A stretch of 64,000 bases of DNA from Camelus dromedarius (lineage: Eukaryota). Where the stretch lies: assembly GCF_036321535.1 (NCBI RefSeq), contig NC_087437.1, positions 115,322,001-115,386,000 of the forward strand, in the 5' to 3' direction. A model generated the notes under the pieces. That model made no database searches. It worked only from the letters and a program-made list of their open reading frames with translations, and was not told the DNA's origin. The position numbers and the translations under genes are program-made. This document shows positions 56,601 to 64,000 of the stretch, piece after piece. The stretch's first letter is position 1. Every line of letters starts with the position of its first letter.

Positions 56601-59600
56601 CATAGCCCCGCCAGATTCAAGGGGTAAGGAAAAGAGACTGCCTCTTTAGTGAAGGGAGCTCCAAGTTCCCATGACAAAGGGTGTAGATACGAGGAGGAGG
56701 CGGTGAAGGATAGGGCTATGAATGCCATCCCTCTGCCTCAGTAGGTTAGCACCAGTAATTCACTAATGTGCAGTAATTGCCAAGAACTTAAAAACCTACC
56801 TCCATCTTCAGCCTTCTCCCTTACTAGTTCTCTGCATTGTCCTCTACACTTAATGGATAATTGTTGTCATGTGATTTTTCTCACTTTTGGACCTCTCCCC
56901 AGCACTGTTCCTTCTGCATCTAGTGGCCTTTTTCCTCCCGGAGCCTGGCTCACTCCTGCTCATCCTTTGGGACCAGTTCAGGCATCACTTTCTTGAGGAA
57001 GCAGTCACTGGTGGCAACCTCAGTCTTGGTTAAAGACCCTCGTTAATGTAGTGGTTATAATGAACACCTCACTGTGTTATACAGTAATTACCATTTTGTT
57101 AACATCATTATTGAGATACAATTCTCATACTGTAAAATTCATCCATTTAAAGTATATAGTCAGTGTTTTTGGTATTATGCACAGAGTTGTGAAGCAATCA
57201 CCACAATCTAAGTTTGGAACATTTTTATCACCGGAGAAAGAAATCTTATTAACACTGCCAGTCACTCCCTGGTCTCCTCCATCCCCCCAAGCCATAGGCA
57301 ACCACTGATTTACTCTGTGGATTTGCCTATTCTGGACATTTTCTGTAAGTGGAATCATACCGGATGTGGTCTTTTGTGAGTGCTGTCTTTGACTTCGCAT
57401 AATGTTTTCGAGGTCCATCCGTGTGACATGTATCAGTACGTCCTTCCTTTTTATGTTGAATGATACTCTACTGTGTGATGTGACACATTTTATCAGTTCA
57501 TCAGTCGATGGACATTTGAGTTCTTTTCACTTCTTGACTATTATGAATATACTGTTGTGAGCATCAGAGTTCAAGTTTTTCTGTGGACGTATGTTTTCAT
57601 TTCTTATGGATATATACCTAGGAGTGGAGTTGCTGAGTTGTATGCTAACACCACATTTAAGGGTTTGAGAAACTGCTAGACCGTTCCCAAACAGCTACAC
57701 CATCTTACATTCCCACCAACAGTGGACAAGAGATCCAGTCTCCCCACATTCTCAACGCTCTTATCATCCATCTTTCTGATTTTAGCTGTTCTAATGGGTG
57801 TGAGGTGTTTTCTCCTTGTGGTTTTAATTTGCATTTCCCTAAAGTGCTGATCATCTTACATGTGCTTAATGTCCATTCGTGTGTCTTTGGAGAATTTGGA
57901 GAAATACCTGTTTTAATCCTCTGCCCATTTGTTAATTTGATTATTTGTCTTTCTATTATTGAATTAAGAGTTTCATATATATGATTTAGAAATATTTTCT
58001 CCTATTCTGCATATTTTTAACCATTTTTAAAAATTGAAATTAGTTAATTTACAATGTTGTATTAGTGTCAGATGTACAGCAAAGTGATTCAGTTATACGT
58101 AACAGTTATATCTATCTATTCTTCTTCAGGTTTCCATTATAGGTTATTACAAGACATTGGATTAGTTTCCTGTGCTTTTTCCTTGTTGTTTATCTATTTT
58201 ATATATAGTAGTATGTTGATTCCGAACTCCTAATTAATTCCCTACCCCTCCCAGCCCCCACTGCTTTTCCATCTGCCATATTTGCAAATATATTTCTCCT
58301 ATCTCCCATTTTATAGGTTATCTTTTTACTTTTTTTTCAATTTTTTTTACCATTTTTTTTGAGTTATAGTCATTTTACAATGTTGTGTCAAATTCCAGTG
58401 CAGAGCACAATTTTTCAGTTATACATGAACATACATAAATTCATTGTCACATTCTGTTTCACTGTGAGCCACTCTTTTTACTTTCTTGATGGTATTGTTT
58501 GCAGCACCCAAGTTTTAAATTTCAGCGTAGTCCAGTTTCTCTATTTTTTCTTTTGTTGCTTATGCTTTTGGTGTCATGTAGCCAGAGACAAGCTCATGAT
58601 AGCTGCCCGGCCAGCTGTGTCATTAAGGGGTGGTTAGTGCAAACGTCAGATGAACTCATGTAGCATTTTCTGGGGCTGAGATAAAAGTGTGTGTGTTTAT
58701 AATGCCTTGTGCCTTTGATACTTGAACTCCTTTAGGTGCTGGAGGCCGAGTAGGTTCTTATGCCCCAGTATGACCTTAAGGTTGTACGTCATCTCCCAGC
58801 CGAAGGGCTGAACCTGAGGTGAAGTCATTGGCTCAGAATAGATGCACAGGGTAGGCGGGAAACAAGGTTGGCTTGGCCACCAGCAGCGAGGTGTGCATGT
58901 GGACACTGGTTGTGGCAGTAGATGTGAGCCAGGTGGAATACAGGATCTTAAGTAGAGTAGGAGTGGTGGTCACCTCAGCCACAGTAATGACTCAACAAAT
59001 CAGGATTAGTAAGGTTGCAGCAAGGAATGTGTGAGTTCAAACTGTCCCCATGCTAAAGGGAGTGTTGCTGAACTGTTGAACTTCTGCTGCCTAAGAACAG
59101 TTGGCCTGTGCATCTCAAGGCCACTGAAATCAACCCTACTCCTGTGGTAGGACTCGAAAGTCATTAAGGACCTGGACTGGTTAGCGAATCTGCCTCCCAG
59201 GGACATCTGGAACCTTGGTGTCTGAGGCGGACAAAGGAGAAGTGTCCTAACTCCGTGACACTTTTGACAAGAGAACTATCATTTTCCACGGGGCCTGCGT
59301 AGGTTGACTTTGGGTACACCGTGCTCTCTGAGGAAGGAGGACTCGAGTTTCTGTGGCTGAACTTTTGTCCTCGGTGACCTGGTCACCTTCTAAGCCTAAG
59401 CAGGAAGTTCAGGCTACAGGGAACCTGATAGTAGGTGGAAAATAAGGTTCCCTAAAGCAAAAATGAAGTTAGGATTTCATTAAGCAGTTGTTGATACTAG
59501 TAAGAATTTCAAACTGGAAAATATTAACGTTTAAACTTGTTTCTTTCAGTGTAGTGTAAAGATGCTCCATTCTGACTCACATGGTAATTGTTAGAAATAT

Positions 59601-61589
59601 TAATATGGAGAATATTTTATTTATAAATGACTGGCATTTACAAGCGTGTGCGCCACCTATGTGTCTGCTAGCATTAAAGAGATGACACTTCAAAAAATGA
59701 CAAAAAACTTTTAGAGAATTTGTAGGTTTAGAAGAAGTTTCAAAAGGCGATGTCTGCATAAGACAGCTGGTAGCAGAAGTTGTGTGGCGGGTGGTGGTGC
59801 TCCTAACCGTCCAGAGCCGCAGGGCACAGCCTCTCATTTTCATGAAAATCCAGCAGGCTTGATGGTTTGCTCACCTGTGCTAGAACAGCCTGTTTGAAGA
59901 TGTGTGAATAAACAAGACTTAGAATATTCCTCTCTGTGTGGTTATGCTGAAAGGCTATTTGAATTCACTGTTTTATTCCTTTGATTTCCAGTCTCAGTCT
60001 TTGTCAAACACAAATTTCTGCCCTGTCCCATCAGAATGTTTGCAGGGTCAAAATTACCGAGTTCTTGTATATATTTTTTCATTCCTAAATTTATAAAAAT
60101 ACACATATCTAGGTTAATTTCCGTTTCCTGTGCCTCCTAGGCTGGTACAGCTTCCATATTCTCTTTTTTTTTTGTTAATAGAATTTTGTTGAGTTAGTTA
60201 TTGAGGGTAGAAGCTTACTTTTAGCTCTGTCACCTTCCGCCCTACCTCTTATGTTGAACTGGACACATGGTCTTATCCATTCCAGTCTTCTAAAGTTTCC
60301 TTTGTTTCTTTTTGTCATCCCTACAGTTGCCACCATCATCCTCATCGTCTCTCACCTGGGCTATTGCAGTGAGATTTTTACCTTCTAATTACAGAGTCCT
60401 TAACATTAAAGGTTGTAATTCATAAAGGGCTATGAAATCAGTACAGTCATGGTGACTAAAATTGCTTTTCTGAAAAGAGTAGAGATACCAGAAGACATCT
60501 CAAAGCGAGGGCAATTTTTTTTAAAGTTTTGTGTGTGTGTCCATGTACACATACATAAGTATATACATATGCTGTGGATCATTATTAAAATATATTTGCT
60601 GTTATGGGTCACAGTCAAGAAAATGTGAAAGCCACTGTTCTGGTCTTAACACTTTCATGTACTCTCTCACCCACTCCTAATATACCTCTGGGTCTTTCAG
60701 AGTTATTTTTCTAAAATAAAAATCTCATCATGTCACTGCCGAGTCTTTGCTGACTCCGTGTTGTCTGCAGGATAAAGTCCACACTCCTTAGCGTGGCTTA
60801 CAGGGCCCTTCATAATTTTAATGCAAGGCACCTCAGGTGCTGTTTTTCCTGCCCTGACTTCCATACGTCCGCCCCGTGCTCCAGCAGGTAGCTCCTCTTG
60901 CTTTCTCGTACAGACATGCCTTACTCTTTTATCCTTCGGCCTTGCTGTTCCCACTGCTTGGAGTTCATTCTCCGTGTGACAGACTCATCTATGAAGACAG
61001 AGATCAAATATCTGATTTTGAGAAGCCGTTCCCAAGTACCAGATGATCATGTCTCTGTCCATCCTTGTTTAATGGCCTCCCATCCAGCGTGATTCAGTGA
61101 GGGCAGATGAGGGCCGCTGCGGCTGTGTATGGTGCGACTTTGTGTCCCACGTGCAGCCAAGCTGGCGGCCTGCTACAGCCAGCTCTTGAGGGTGTTTCTG
61201 CTGAACTGGAGTCATTGATAAAGCCAGCACTCCACAATTCTGGTCTTTCAGGCTCTTTTTTTAAAAAGTAAATCTTCCTACTCACAGCAAAAAAAAAAAA
61301 GAGTGACAATATATGTATGTTCATGTATAACTGAAAATTGTGCTCTACACTGGAATTTGACACAACATTGTAAAACGACTATAACTCAAAAAAATGTCTT
61401 AAAAAAAATAAGTCTTACTATTTATTTAGGTATTCTAAAATGTTTTTAGATCTCAAAGACAGAATTAGACTGGTTCCTTGAAGATTTGGAAAAGGAAATT
61501 AAAAAATGGCAACAGGAGAAAAAAGAAATCCAAGAAAGGACAAAAGCACTGAAGAAGAAAATGAAAAAGGTCTTAAATGCCAGTGAAAT
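5725..61589 (+). CDS. TTC3: TTC3, E3 ubiquitin-protein ligase; partial spliced CDS of 26 internal exons
   Basis: Exon peptides match human TTC3 as I recall it (e.g. [52 protein letters not shown]). All 25 introns are GT-AG with consistent phases, and the joined 3894 nt are open. Confidence 0.97.
6840..7370 (+). mobile_element. L2 3' end
   Basis: Ends cctggcatgtagcaagcacttgtgaatatttgttga...gaatgaattgagtgaatga, the L2 terminal pattern. Confidence 0.75.
7975..9382 (-). mobile_element. L1M (L1MB/MC-like) 3' UTR plus ORF2 end, antisense
   Basis: ORF 8625..8912 ([27 protein letters not shown]) is the L1 ORF2 C-terminal motif. Confidence 0.88.
9383..9480 (-). mobile_element. tRNA-Ala(AGC)-derived SINE (camelid vic-1-like) with A-rich tail
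   Basis: Minus strand GGGAATATAGCTCAGTGGTAGGGCGTGTGCTTAGCATGCACAAGGTCCTGGGTTCAATCCCCAGTATTTCCA then ctaaaaagcaaataaacaaaaaa; A and B boxes present. Confidence 0.8.
9570..11200. mobile_element. MLT1-type LTR (about 9570-9700 and 10860-11200) interrupted by an old antisense L1-like fragment
   Basis: aaaagtccaggggtcagcttcaggcatggttggatcc and ttgagccatgtgcctgcctgtggatcagttactgtgacc are MLT1-like; the T-rich middle is L1-like. Confidence 0.55.
12748..12910 (+). CDS. TTC3: TTC3 exon [10 protein letters not shown]...QIEDLQ(G), TPR region
   Basis: aacag|GGT...CAA G|gtattt; 163 nt; within ORF 12739..12984. Confidence 0.96.
13309..13349. repeat. (TA)/(CA)n/(TA) microsatellite
   Basis: Directly visible. 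Confidence 0.95.
13840..13885 (+). CDS. TTC3: TTC3 exon [14 protein letters not shown](R)
   Basis: tttatag|GT CGA...AGC AG|gtgagt; 46 nt. Confidence 0.92.
14728..14848 (+). CDS. TTC3: TTC3 exon [19 protein letters not shown]...GGNQNLK
   Basis: actcag|G GCC...AAG|gtaagc; 121 nt. Confidence 0.93.
15847..15910 (+). CDS. TTC3: TTC3 exon [21 protein letters not shown]
   Basis: ggtag|GCG...TCA A|gtgagt; 64 nt. Confidence 0.93.
16181..16396. mobile_element. hAT-Charlie-type non-autonomous DNA transposon
   Basis: Ends cagtgtttctca / ttgagaatgggtg; degenerate 8-bp flanks cactaggc / ctttagtc. Confidence 0.6.
18157..18217 (+). CDS. TTC3: TTC3 exon [19 protein letters not shown]
   Basis: ttgcag|GC CAG...TTC AG|gtatgt; 61 nt. 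Confidence 0.94.
19054..19383 (-). mobile_element. Young L1 3' end, antisense, with TSD
   Basis: Poly-T then L1 3' UTR; taaaaaatgacattt (19039-19053) and taaaaaatgaacattt (19384-19399). Confidence 0.85.
20029..20864. mobile_element. MER21-like solo LTR inserted in an old L1
   Basis: gtctttgtccccagttcctggcacagaactcctaagacccttggaatttcctgagt, internal aataaa, end cacatttggtgtcagaa; L1 text resumes on both sides. Confidence 0.7.
21329..21413 (+). CDS. TTC3: TTC3 exon [28 protein letters not shown]
   Basis: ttttag|T TCT...CAG|gtaaag; 85 nt. Confidence 0.94.
21850..22700 (+). mobile_element. L1M fragments (3' end then A-rich ORF2 remnant)
   Basis: cattatgcatttgtccaaacc...gtaaacctaaaactgctct; ttgactcaagaagaaatagaaacct. 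Confidence 0.7.
22043..22124. repeat. (TA)n(CA)n microsatellite
   Basis: Directly visible. Confidence 0.97.
23727..23861 (+). CDS. TTC3: TTC3 exon [11 protein letters not shown]...LDPQKIK
   Basis: ttgcag|GAT...AAG|gtaaaa; 135 nt; within ORF 23721..24011. Confidence 0.96.
24506..24586 (+). CDS. TTC3: TTC3 exon [27 protein letters not shown]
   Basis: gacag|CAA...GAG|gtaaga; 81 nt. Confidence 0.95.
24689..24897 (-). mobile_element. L1 3' end (L1MA9-like), antisense; host of the piggyBac-type MITE
   Basis: ccagttttattgaggtgtaattggcatataatgctgtataagtttaa|ggtgtacagtacaatgatttga...attaccacagtgagtttag. Confidence 0.8.
24750..24831. mobile_element. 82-bp piggyBac-type MITE
   Basis: TTAA at 24746-24749 and 24832-24835; perfect 13-bp TIR CACATTGATTGCC / GGCAATCAATGTG. 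Confidence 0.85.
25419..25531 (+). CDS. TTC3: TTC3 exon [37 protein letters not shown](R), TPR-like
   Basis: tgaag|GAA...AAC AG|gttagt; 113 nt. Confidence 0.95.
25701..25740 (+). mobile_element. 40-bp extreme L1 3' tip with TSD
   Basis: taaatcaactatacctcaataaaa plus A-rich tail, between taaagtacggccagt and taaagtatggccaat. Confidence 0.75.
27585..27705 (+). CDS. TTC3: TTC3 exon [12 protein letters not shown]...ETQPGKIK
   Basis: actag|A TTT...AAG|gtaact; 121 nt. Confidence 0.95.
27855..28105. mobile_element. MIR SINE
   Basis: Core attattcccatttttcagatggggaagattacgtttagagagatttaagtga. Confidence 0.75.
28335..29215 (+). mobile_element. L1MB-like ORF2 end and 3' UTR, sense
   Basis: ORF 28613..28810 ([12 protein letters not shown]) is L1 ORF2-like; ends gtgaattatatctcaacaaagctgtta. 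Confidence 0.88.
29820..29942 (+). CDS. TTC3: TTC3 exon [27 protein letters not shown]...DPDFK
   Basis: ctttag|ATG...AAG|gtacac; 123 nt. Confidence 0.95.
30677..30703. repeat. (TG)13 microsatellite
   Basis: Directly visible. Confidence 0.97.
30748..30849 (+). CDS. TTC3: TTC3 exon [22 protein letters not shown]...KIDK
   Basis: ccccag|GGT...AAG|gtaagg; 102 nt. Confidence 0.95.
32149..32241 (+). CDS. TTC3: TTC3 exon [14 protein letters not shown]...QVKCE
   Basis: caatag|GAT...GAA|gtaagt; 93 nt. Confidence 0.95.
32890..32954 (+). CDS. TTC3: TTC3 exon [21 protein letters not shown]
   Basis: ttaaag|TTT...TCT AG|gtaaga; 65 nt. Confidence 0.94.
33981..34117 (+). CDS. TTC3: TTC3 exon [45 protein letters not shown]
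   Basis: tattag|C CTA...AAA G|gtacgt; 137 nt. Confidence 0.94.
34670..34925 (-). mobile_element. L1 3' end (L1MA9-like), antisense
   Basis: T tract then attgagatataattgacatt...aaatgattaccacggtaagtccagttgtcatccatcacc. Confidence 0.78.
35725..36051 (+). CDS. TTC3: TTC3 exon [18 protein letters not shown]...WIQKLDGF
   Basis: ccttag|AA ACT...TTT G|gtacgt; 327 nt, phase 1-1. Confidence 0.96.
38151..38402 (+). CDS. TTC3: TTC3 exon [12 protein letters not shown]...DEFFDIM
   Basis: ttatag|GC TTA...ATG G|gtatgt; 252 nt, phase 1-1. Confidence 0.96.
40100..40940 (+). mobile_element. L2 fragment with 3' end
   Basis: Pyrimidine-rich body ending ggcagggactt...tctgtattccgagcacctagcatagagtttggtgcctagaaagcacttaa. 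Confidence 0.65.
41157..41203 (+). CDS. TTC3: TTC3 exon [15 protein letters not shown]
   Basis: ctacag|AC AGC...CCA|gtaagt; 47 nt. Confidence 0.93.
42156..42212 (+). CDS. TTC3: TTC3 exon [19 protein letters not shown]
   Basis: ttttag|TTT...AAG|gtatgg; 57 nt. Confidence 0.93.
43181..43254 (+). CDS. TTC3: TTC3 exon [24 protein letters not shown]
   Basis: aaccag|CCT...CAT AA|gtaagt; 74 nt. Confidence 0.94.
43890..44140. mobile_element. MIR SINE
   Basis: aactcatttaatcc...ccattttacagataaggaagctcaggcacag...ggcagagccagaatttaaagccag. Confidence 0.8.
44539..44706 (+). CDS. TTC3: TTC3 exon [27 protein letters not shown]...KCSTLY
   Basis: aatcag|C AAA...TAT GA|gtaagt; 168 nt. Confidence 0.95.
46338..47385 (+). 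CDS. TTC3: TTC3 large exon [12 protein letters not shown]...QMVAIQ (basic NLS-like run, PAM2 motif, 17-aa repeats)
   Basis: ttccaag|T TAT...CAG|gtaaga; 1048 nt; overlaps ORF 46351..47418. Confidence 0.96.
48299..48364 (+). CDS. TTC3: TTC3 exon [22 protein letters not shown]
   Basis: ccaaag|GTG...CAG|gtgagt; 66 nt. Confidence 0.93.
48562..49033. mobile_element. MLT1 (MLT1F/H-like) LTR
   Basis: tgtattagttatctgttgctgcataacaaatgacc ... ggggccaccttggtggctggctgctgcaca. Confidence 0.8.
49040..50030 (+). mobile_element. Old L1M ORF2/3' remnant
   Basis: aaaataaattccaggcagatcaaagatttaaat; aaatgaattacggcacatccatataatgaata. Confidence 0.7.
51976..52125 (+). CDS. TTC3: TTC3 exon [17 protein letters not shown]...NIEENK, coiled coil
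   Basis: ttttag|GGG...AAG|gtaatc; 150 nt. Confidence 0.94.
52627..52802. mobile_element. Tigger2/MER2-like MITE inserted in a MIR (about 52425-52860)
   Basis: TA|cagttgtctctc...gagggccaactg|TA; internal ggttccaggattccc...ctcaagtccctt. Confidence 0.85.
53125..54105 (-). mobile_element. Relatively young L1 3' region, antisense, with (GT)n at about 53575-53608
   Basis: ORF 53777..53995 ([35 protein letters not shown]) is the L1 ORF2 C-terminus. Confidence 0.92.
56234..56740. mobile_element. MLT1 (H/G-like) LTR
   Basis: tgtcagttag...gtaacaaccacccacaaagacctcagtg; gcaagtcacatagccccgccagattcaaggggtaaggaaa. Confidence 0.72.
57095..58575 (-). mobile_element. L1MB-like element, antisense, with two nested younger L1 tails (about 58030-58270 and 58333-58472)
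   Basis: ataggcaaccactgatttactctgtggatttgcctattctggacattt; nested TSD tctttttacttt at 58321-58332 and 58473-58484. Confidence 0.85.
60230..61100 (+). mobile_element. L2 fragment interrupted by a hAT-Charlie-like element (about 60430-60637)
   Basis: ctctcacctgggctattgcagt...aaatctcatcatgtcactgcc...ggataaagtccacactcctta; hAT-like end gaaagccactg. Confidence 0.6.
61281..61402 (+). mobile_element. Young L1 3' end, sense, with degenerate 18-bp TSD
   Basis: aaaaagtaaatcttccta (61263-61280) and aaaaaataagtcttacta (61403-61420); TT|AAAA endonuclease site. Confidence 0.85.
61450..61589 (+). CDS. TTC3: TTC3 exon [30 protein letters not shown]...NASE(M), coiled coil
   Basis: ttttag|ATC...GAA AT|gtaagt; 140 nt. 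Confidence 0.95.
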
Positions 61590-62129
61590 GTAAGTAACAA
61601 TTGAAAGGCAGTGATTTTTATCTTTATTTTTTTAATTGGGGTGTTTTGGGTTATTTTAACATTTTTGATACTCAGTTTCAAATTATATCAAGTAAAGTGA
61701 AAATTTTAGATTCTGTTTTCATTTCATTTTAAAGAATATCCCTTGGGGAATTATCTCATCTCAAACTTACTCTAAACCTGCCGTGCTTACAGATAAATAA
61801 AAATGGGACTGCAGATTAACAAAGAACTGACTTCCTTTCAGCCTGAACGCCACCTCTTACTATGAACCTTTTTCCTTATCTGTAAAATGAGGGAGTTTGT
61901 CTAGATCCAGCATTCTTCCCAGCACTAAGATTCTGTGATGATCACTTTATTTATGATTACTTTCATCCTAAATCTTTAAATTAACTAAGATTTGGTCCAG
62001 TAGTGTGAGGGTTAGGTAATGCACACAGGCAGGACAGTGGTCAGACGGGCCGGGTTCGCTTTGATATCTTTGTGGTCCATTCCTAACCCCTCTTTCCCTA
62101 AACAGGGATACGTCCTATGACTCCTCAGC

Positions 62130-62610
62130 TTAATTATTAGCTACTACTGTTGGACAAAACTTCTGAAACTCAGTGGCTTAAGTTAATTTTTATTTGATCC
62201 TGATCTCGCGATCTGGGCTGAGTTTGGCTGGGCCGTTCCTCTGCTGGTCTTGTCCGTGGTCCCTCACGCGGCTGCGTTGGTTGGGAATTGGCTGGAGCTG
62301 GGCTCAGCTGGGAGCTGGGATGGCTAGGCCTCTTTCTCTCCAGGAGGTTTCGGGGCTTCTCCATGTGACTTTGGTCTATGTGATCTCTCCATGGGGTCTC
62401 CAGCATGGTAGCCAGACCTCTTATGGGGTGGTTCAGGGCTTCCAAGAGCACAGAAGTGGAAGCTGCCAGGCCTTCTGAAGGTTCAGGCCCAGAACTGTCA
62501 GAGTATCACTTCTGCCACATCTTGTTTCAAGCAGCTTGCAGGTCTGGTCCAGACTGAAGGGCATGAATATGGGAGGCATGGTTCACCAGGGGCAGCACTG
62601 TCCACACTCA
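62130..62610. mobile_element. MLT1 LTR
   Basis: aaactcagtggcttaag...ctgggctgagtttggctgggccgttcctctgctgg...tcacttctgccacat. Confidence 0.75.
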
Positions 62611-63558
62611 CCTTTCAGGGCATTTATGTCGTTCTCATTTGCCATGCTGTATGATCAAGCGCCTTTCATTATGAGTCTTGCTAGCATTCCATTTTGGGGC
62701 AGTTTTTAGGTAGTCCTTTAAAGAAGGATGAATGTAAAACACTGCCTGTGTCATGTACTTTTGATTATGCTCAAAGTAGTCTCATCAGAAGGAAGCATTT
62801 ATAGAAATGATAATGTCTTTGAAGCTTTTTACTTCTTAGTGTTTGAGCAGGTCTAGTCTTGTTAAGTTACTCAAAAATTCTGAAATATTTTAATACATAA
62901 TTTTTGTATGTTCAATTCAAACATACTATCAAACTAGACAAAATAAATGAGGCTGTTGATAAATTTTTTTTCCTGTGCTAGCATAAAAATTTAACAATTT
63001 CTGCTAGGAATAAACTTTTTATTGTTTTTTTTCACTTTATTAGTATATTTCTTTCCTTTTTTCTGTCACAATTTAAAGCTAGGCTATAGGCTTCTCTTTG
63101 CTTTATGCACTTTCCTAATAAATGCTTTAAAGCTAAATTTTTATATTTAAACCTTAAAACTTTTTGGATCTCTTAGAGAACCACAGAGGATATGAGGGAT
63201 GCCTTCATTGATTTTTCTATGCTTTAGATGATACTTAGTGTTCATTAAGAAATGAATAGTCAGGAGGAGCTCTGGTTGGTGCAGTGATGCAAATCGGAGG
63301 AAATTATGAAAGGAGGCAGAAATTCCATGAAGAGCTACCCAGTATTGAGTATTTAGAAGAACTGTTTTACAAAAGAAGTGAAATGGCACTTAAACTGGTT
63401 GTTATTGGAAACGGGATTTTTTAGCAAGTAGAGATGACTAAAGAGGTGTGTAGGGGAGCATGGAAAAAGCAGAACCTATCTGATGCAGGGCATTGCTTAA
63501 GAATCAAAGATTTACACACTTTGTCTTGAAGAATTACCCGACTGTGTGCATGCATGAA

Positions 63559-63581
63559 TGTGTGTGTGTGTGTGTGTGTGT
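63559..63581. repeat. (TG)n microsatellite
   Basis: Directly visible. Confidence 0.95.
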
Positions 63582-63725
63582 TTAATTGGACTTTAAGTCC
63601 TGTTTTTAAAAATAGAAGGCTGTTTTCATTTTGAGTGAGAACCACTCGTCACTGATGATGACCCAGCCACACCTGTGCTCCTCTGTCTTGCATTGAACCA
63701 GCTGGAGGTGCTTCTTACAGAGGAC

Positions 63726-63747
63726 GGGGGGGGGGGGGGGGGGGGGG
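63726..63747 (+). repeat. G22 homopolymer
   Basis: Directly visible. Confidence 0.9.
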
Positions 63748-64000
63748 AGGCAACTGTGCTGCAGGCACATGGCTTAGAGTGACAAAAAAGGTGATGAGCT
63801 CTCCAGGTTTAGAAGGAAAATGTCCCCAAAGGAAAATGACCCAAATTCTTTTCCTATTCAGAAGTTATTAGATGTGAAACAAAAAGAAATGAAAAGAATT
63901 TGAGAAATGTTTGCATGGATATAGGTAGAATTTACTGTGTGGGTTGTATTTTTAAAATTCTTTGAAAATTAATTAAAATTTGGTGATCATGCTTTCGTAG

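Noticed and set aside
62978..63007. Short imperfect inverted repeat ctagca..aaatt / aattt..tgctag
   Set aside because: Too short and AT-rich to exceed chance; no TSD.
63985..64000. Window ends in ...gctttcgtag, possibly the next TTC3 acceptor
   Set aside because: The exon would lie outside the window, so it cannot be verified.
1..64000. CRISPR arrays, operons, rRNA, snoRNA or miRNA genes
   Set aside because: This is mammalian intronic DNA with no repeat-spacer array, and I recognised no RNA gene by eye; an Rfam scan would be needed to exclude small RNAs.

Overview
Mammalian genomic DNA lying wholly inside the + strand gene TTC3 (TPR-containing E3 ubiquitin ligase). I traced 26 consecutive internal coding exons (5725..61589). 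All have GT-AG boundaries and matching phases, and they join into 3894 nt with no stop (about 1297 codons, roughly human residues 283-1580 by my recollection of that protein). The start codon and C-terminal RING-H2 lie outside the window. The introns hold L2, MIR, L1, MLT1/MER21 LTRs, hAT and Tigger elements and microsatellites. A tRNA-Ala-derived SINE and the style of the young L1 3' ends suggest a camelid (inference). Best leads: an 82-bp TTAA-flanked piggyBac-type MITE inside an L1 tail; one or two CARD-like folds on symmetric exons of TTC3; loss of the Arg before the Ser378-equivalent Akt site; an internal C4HC3 motif; and a 25-nt templated insertion copied from a nearby L1. Repeat family names and most repeat boundaries are by eye and approximate. 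No searches were run.
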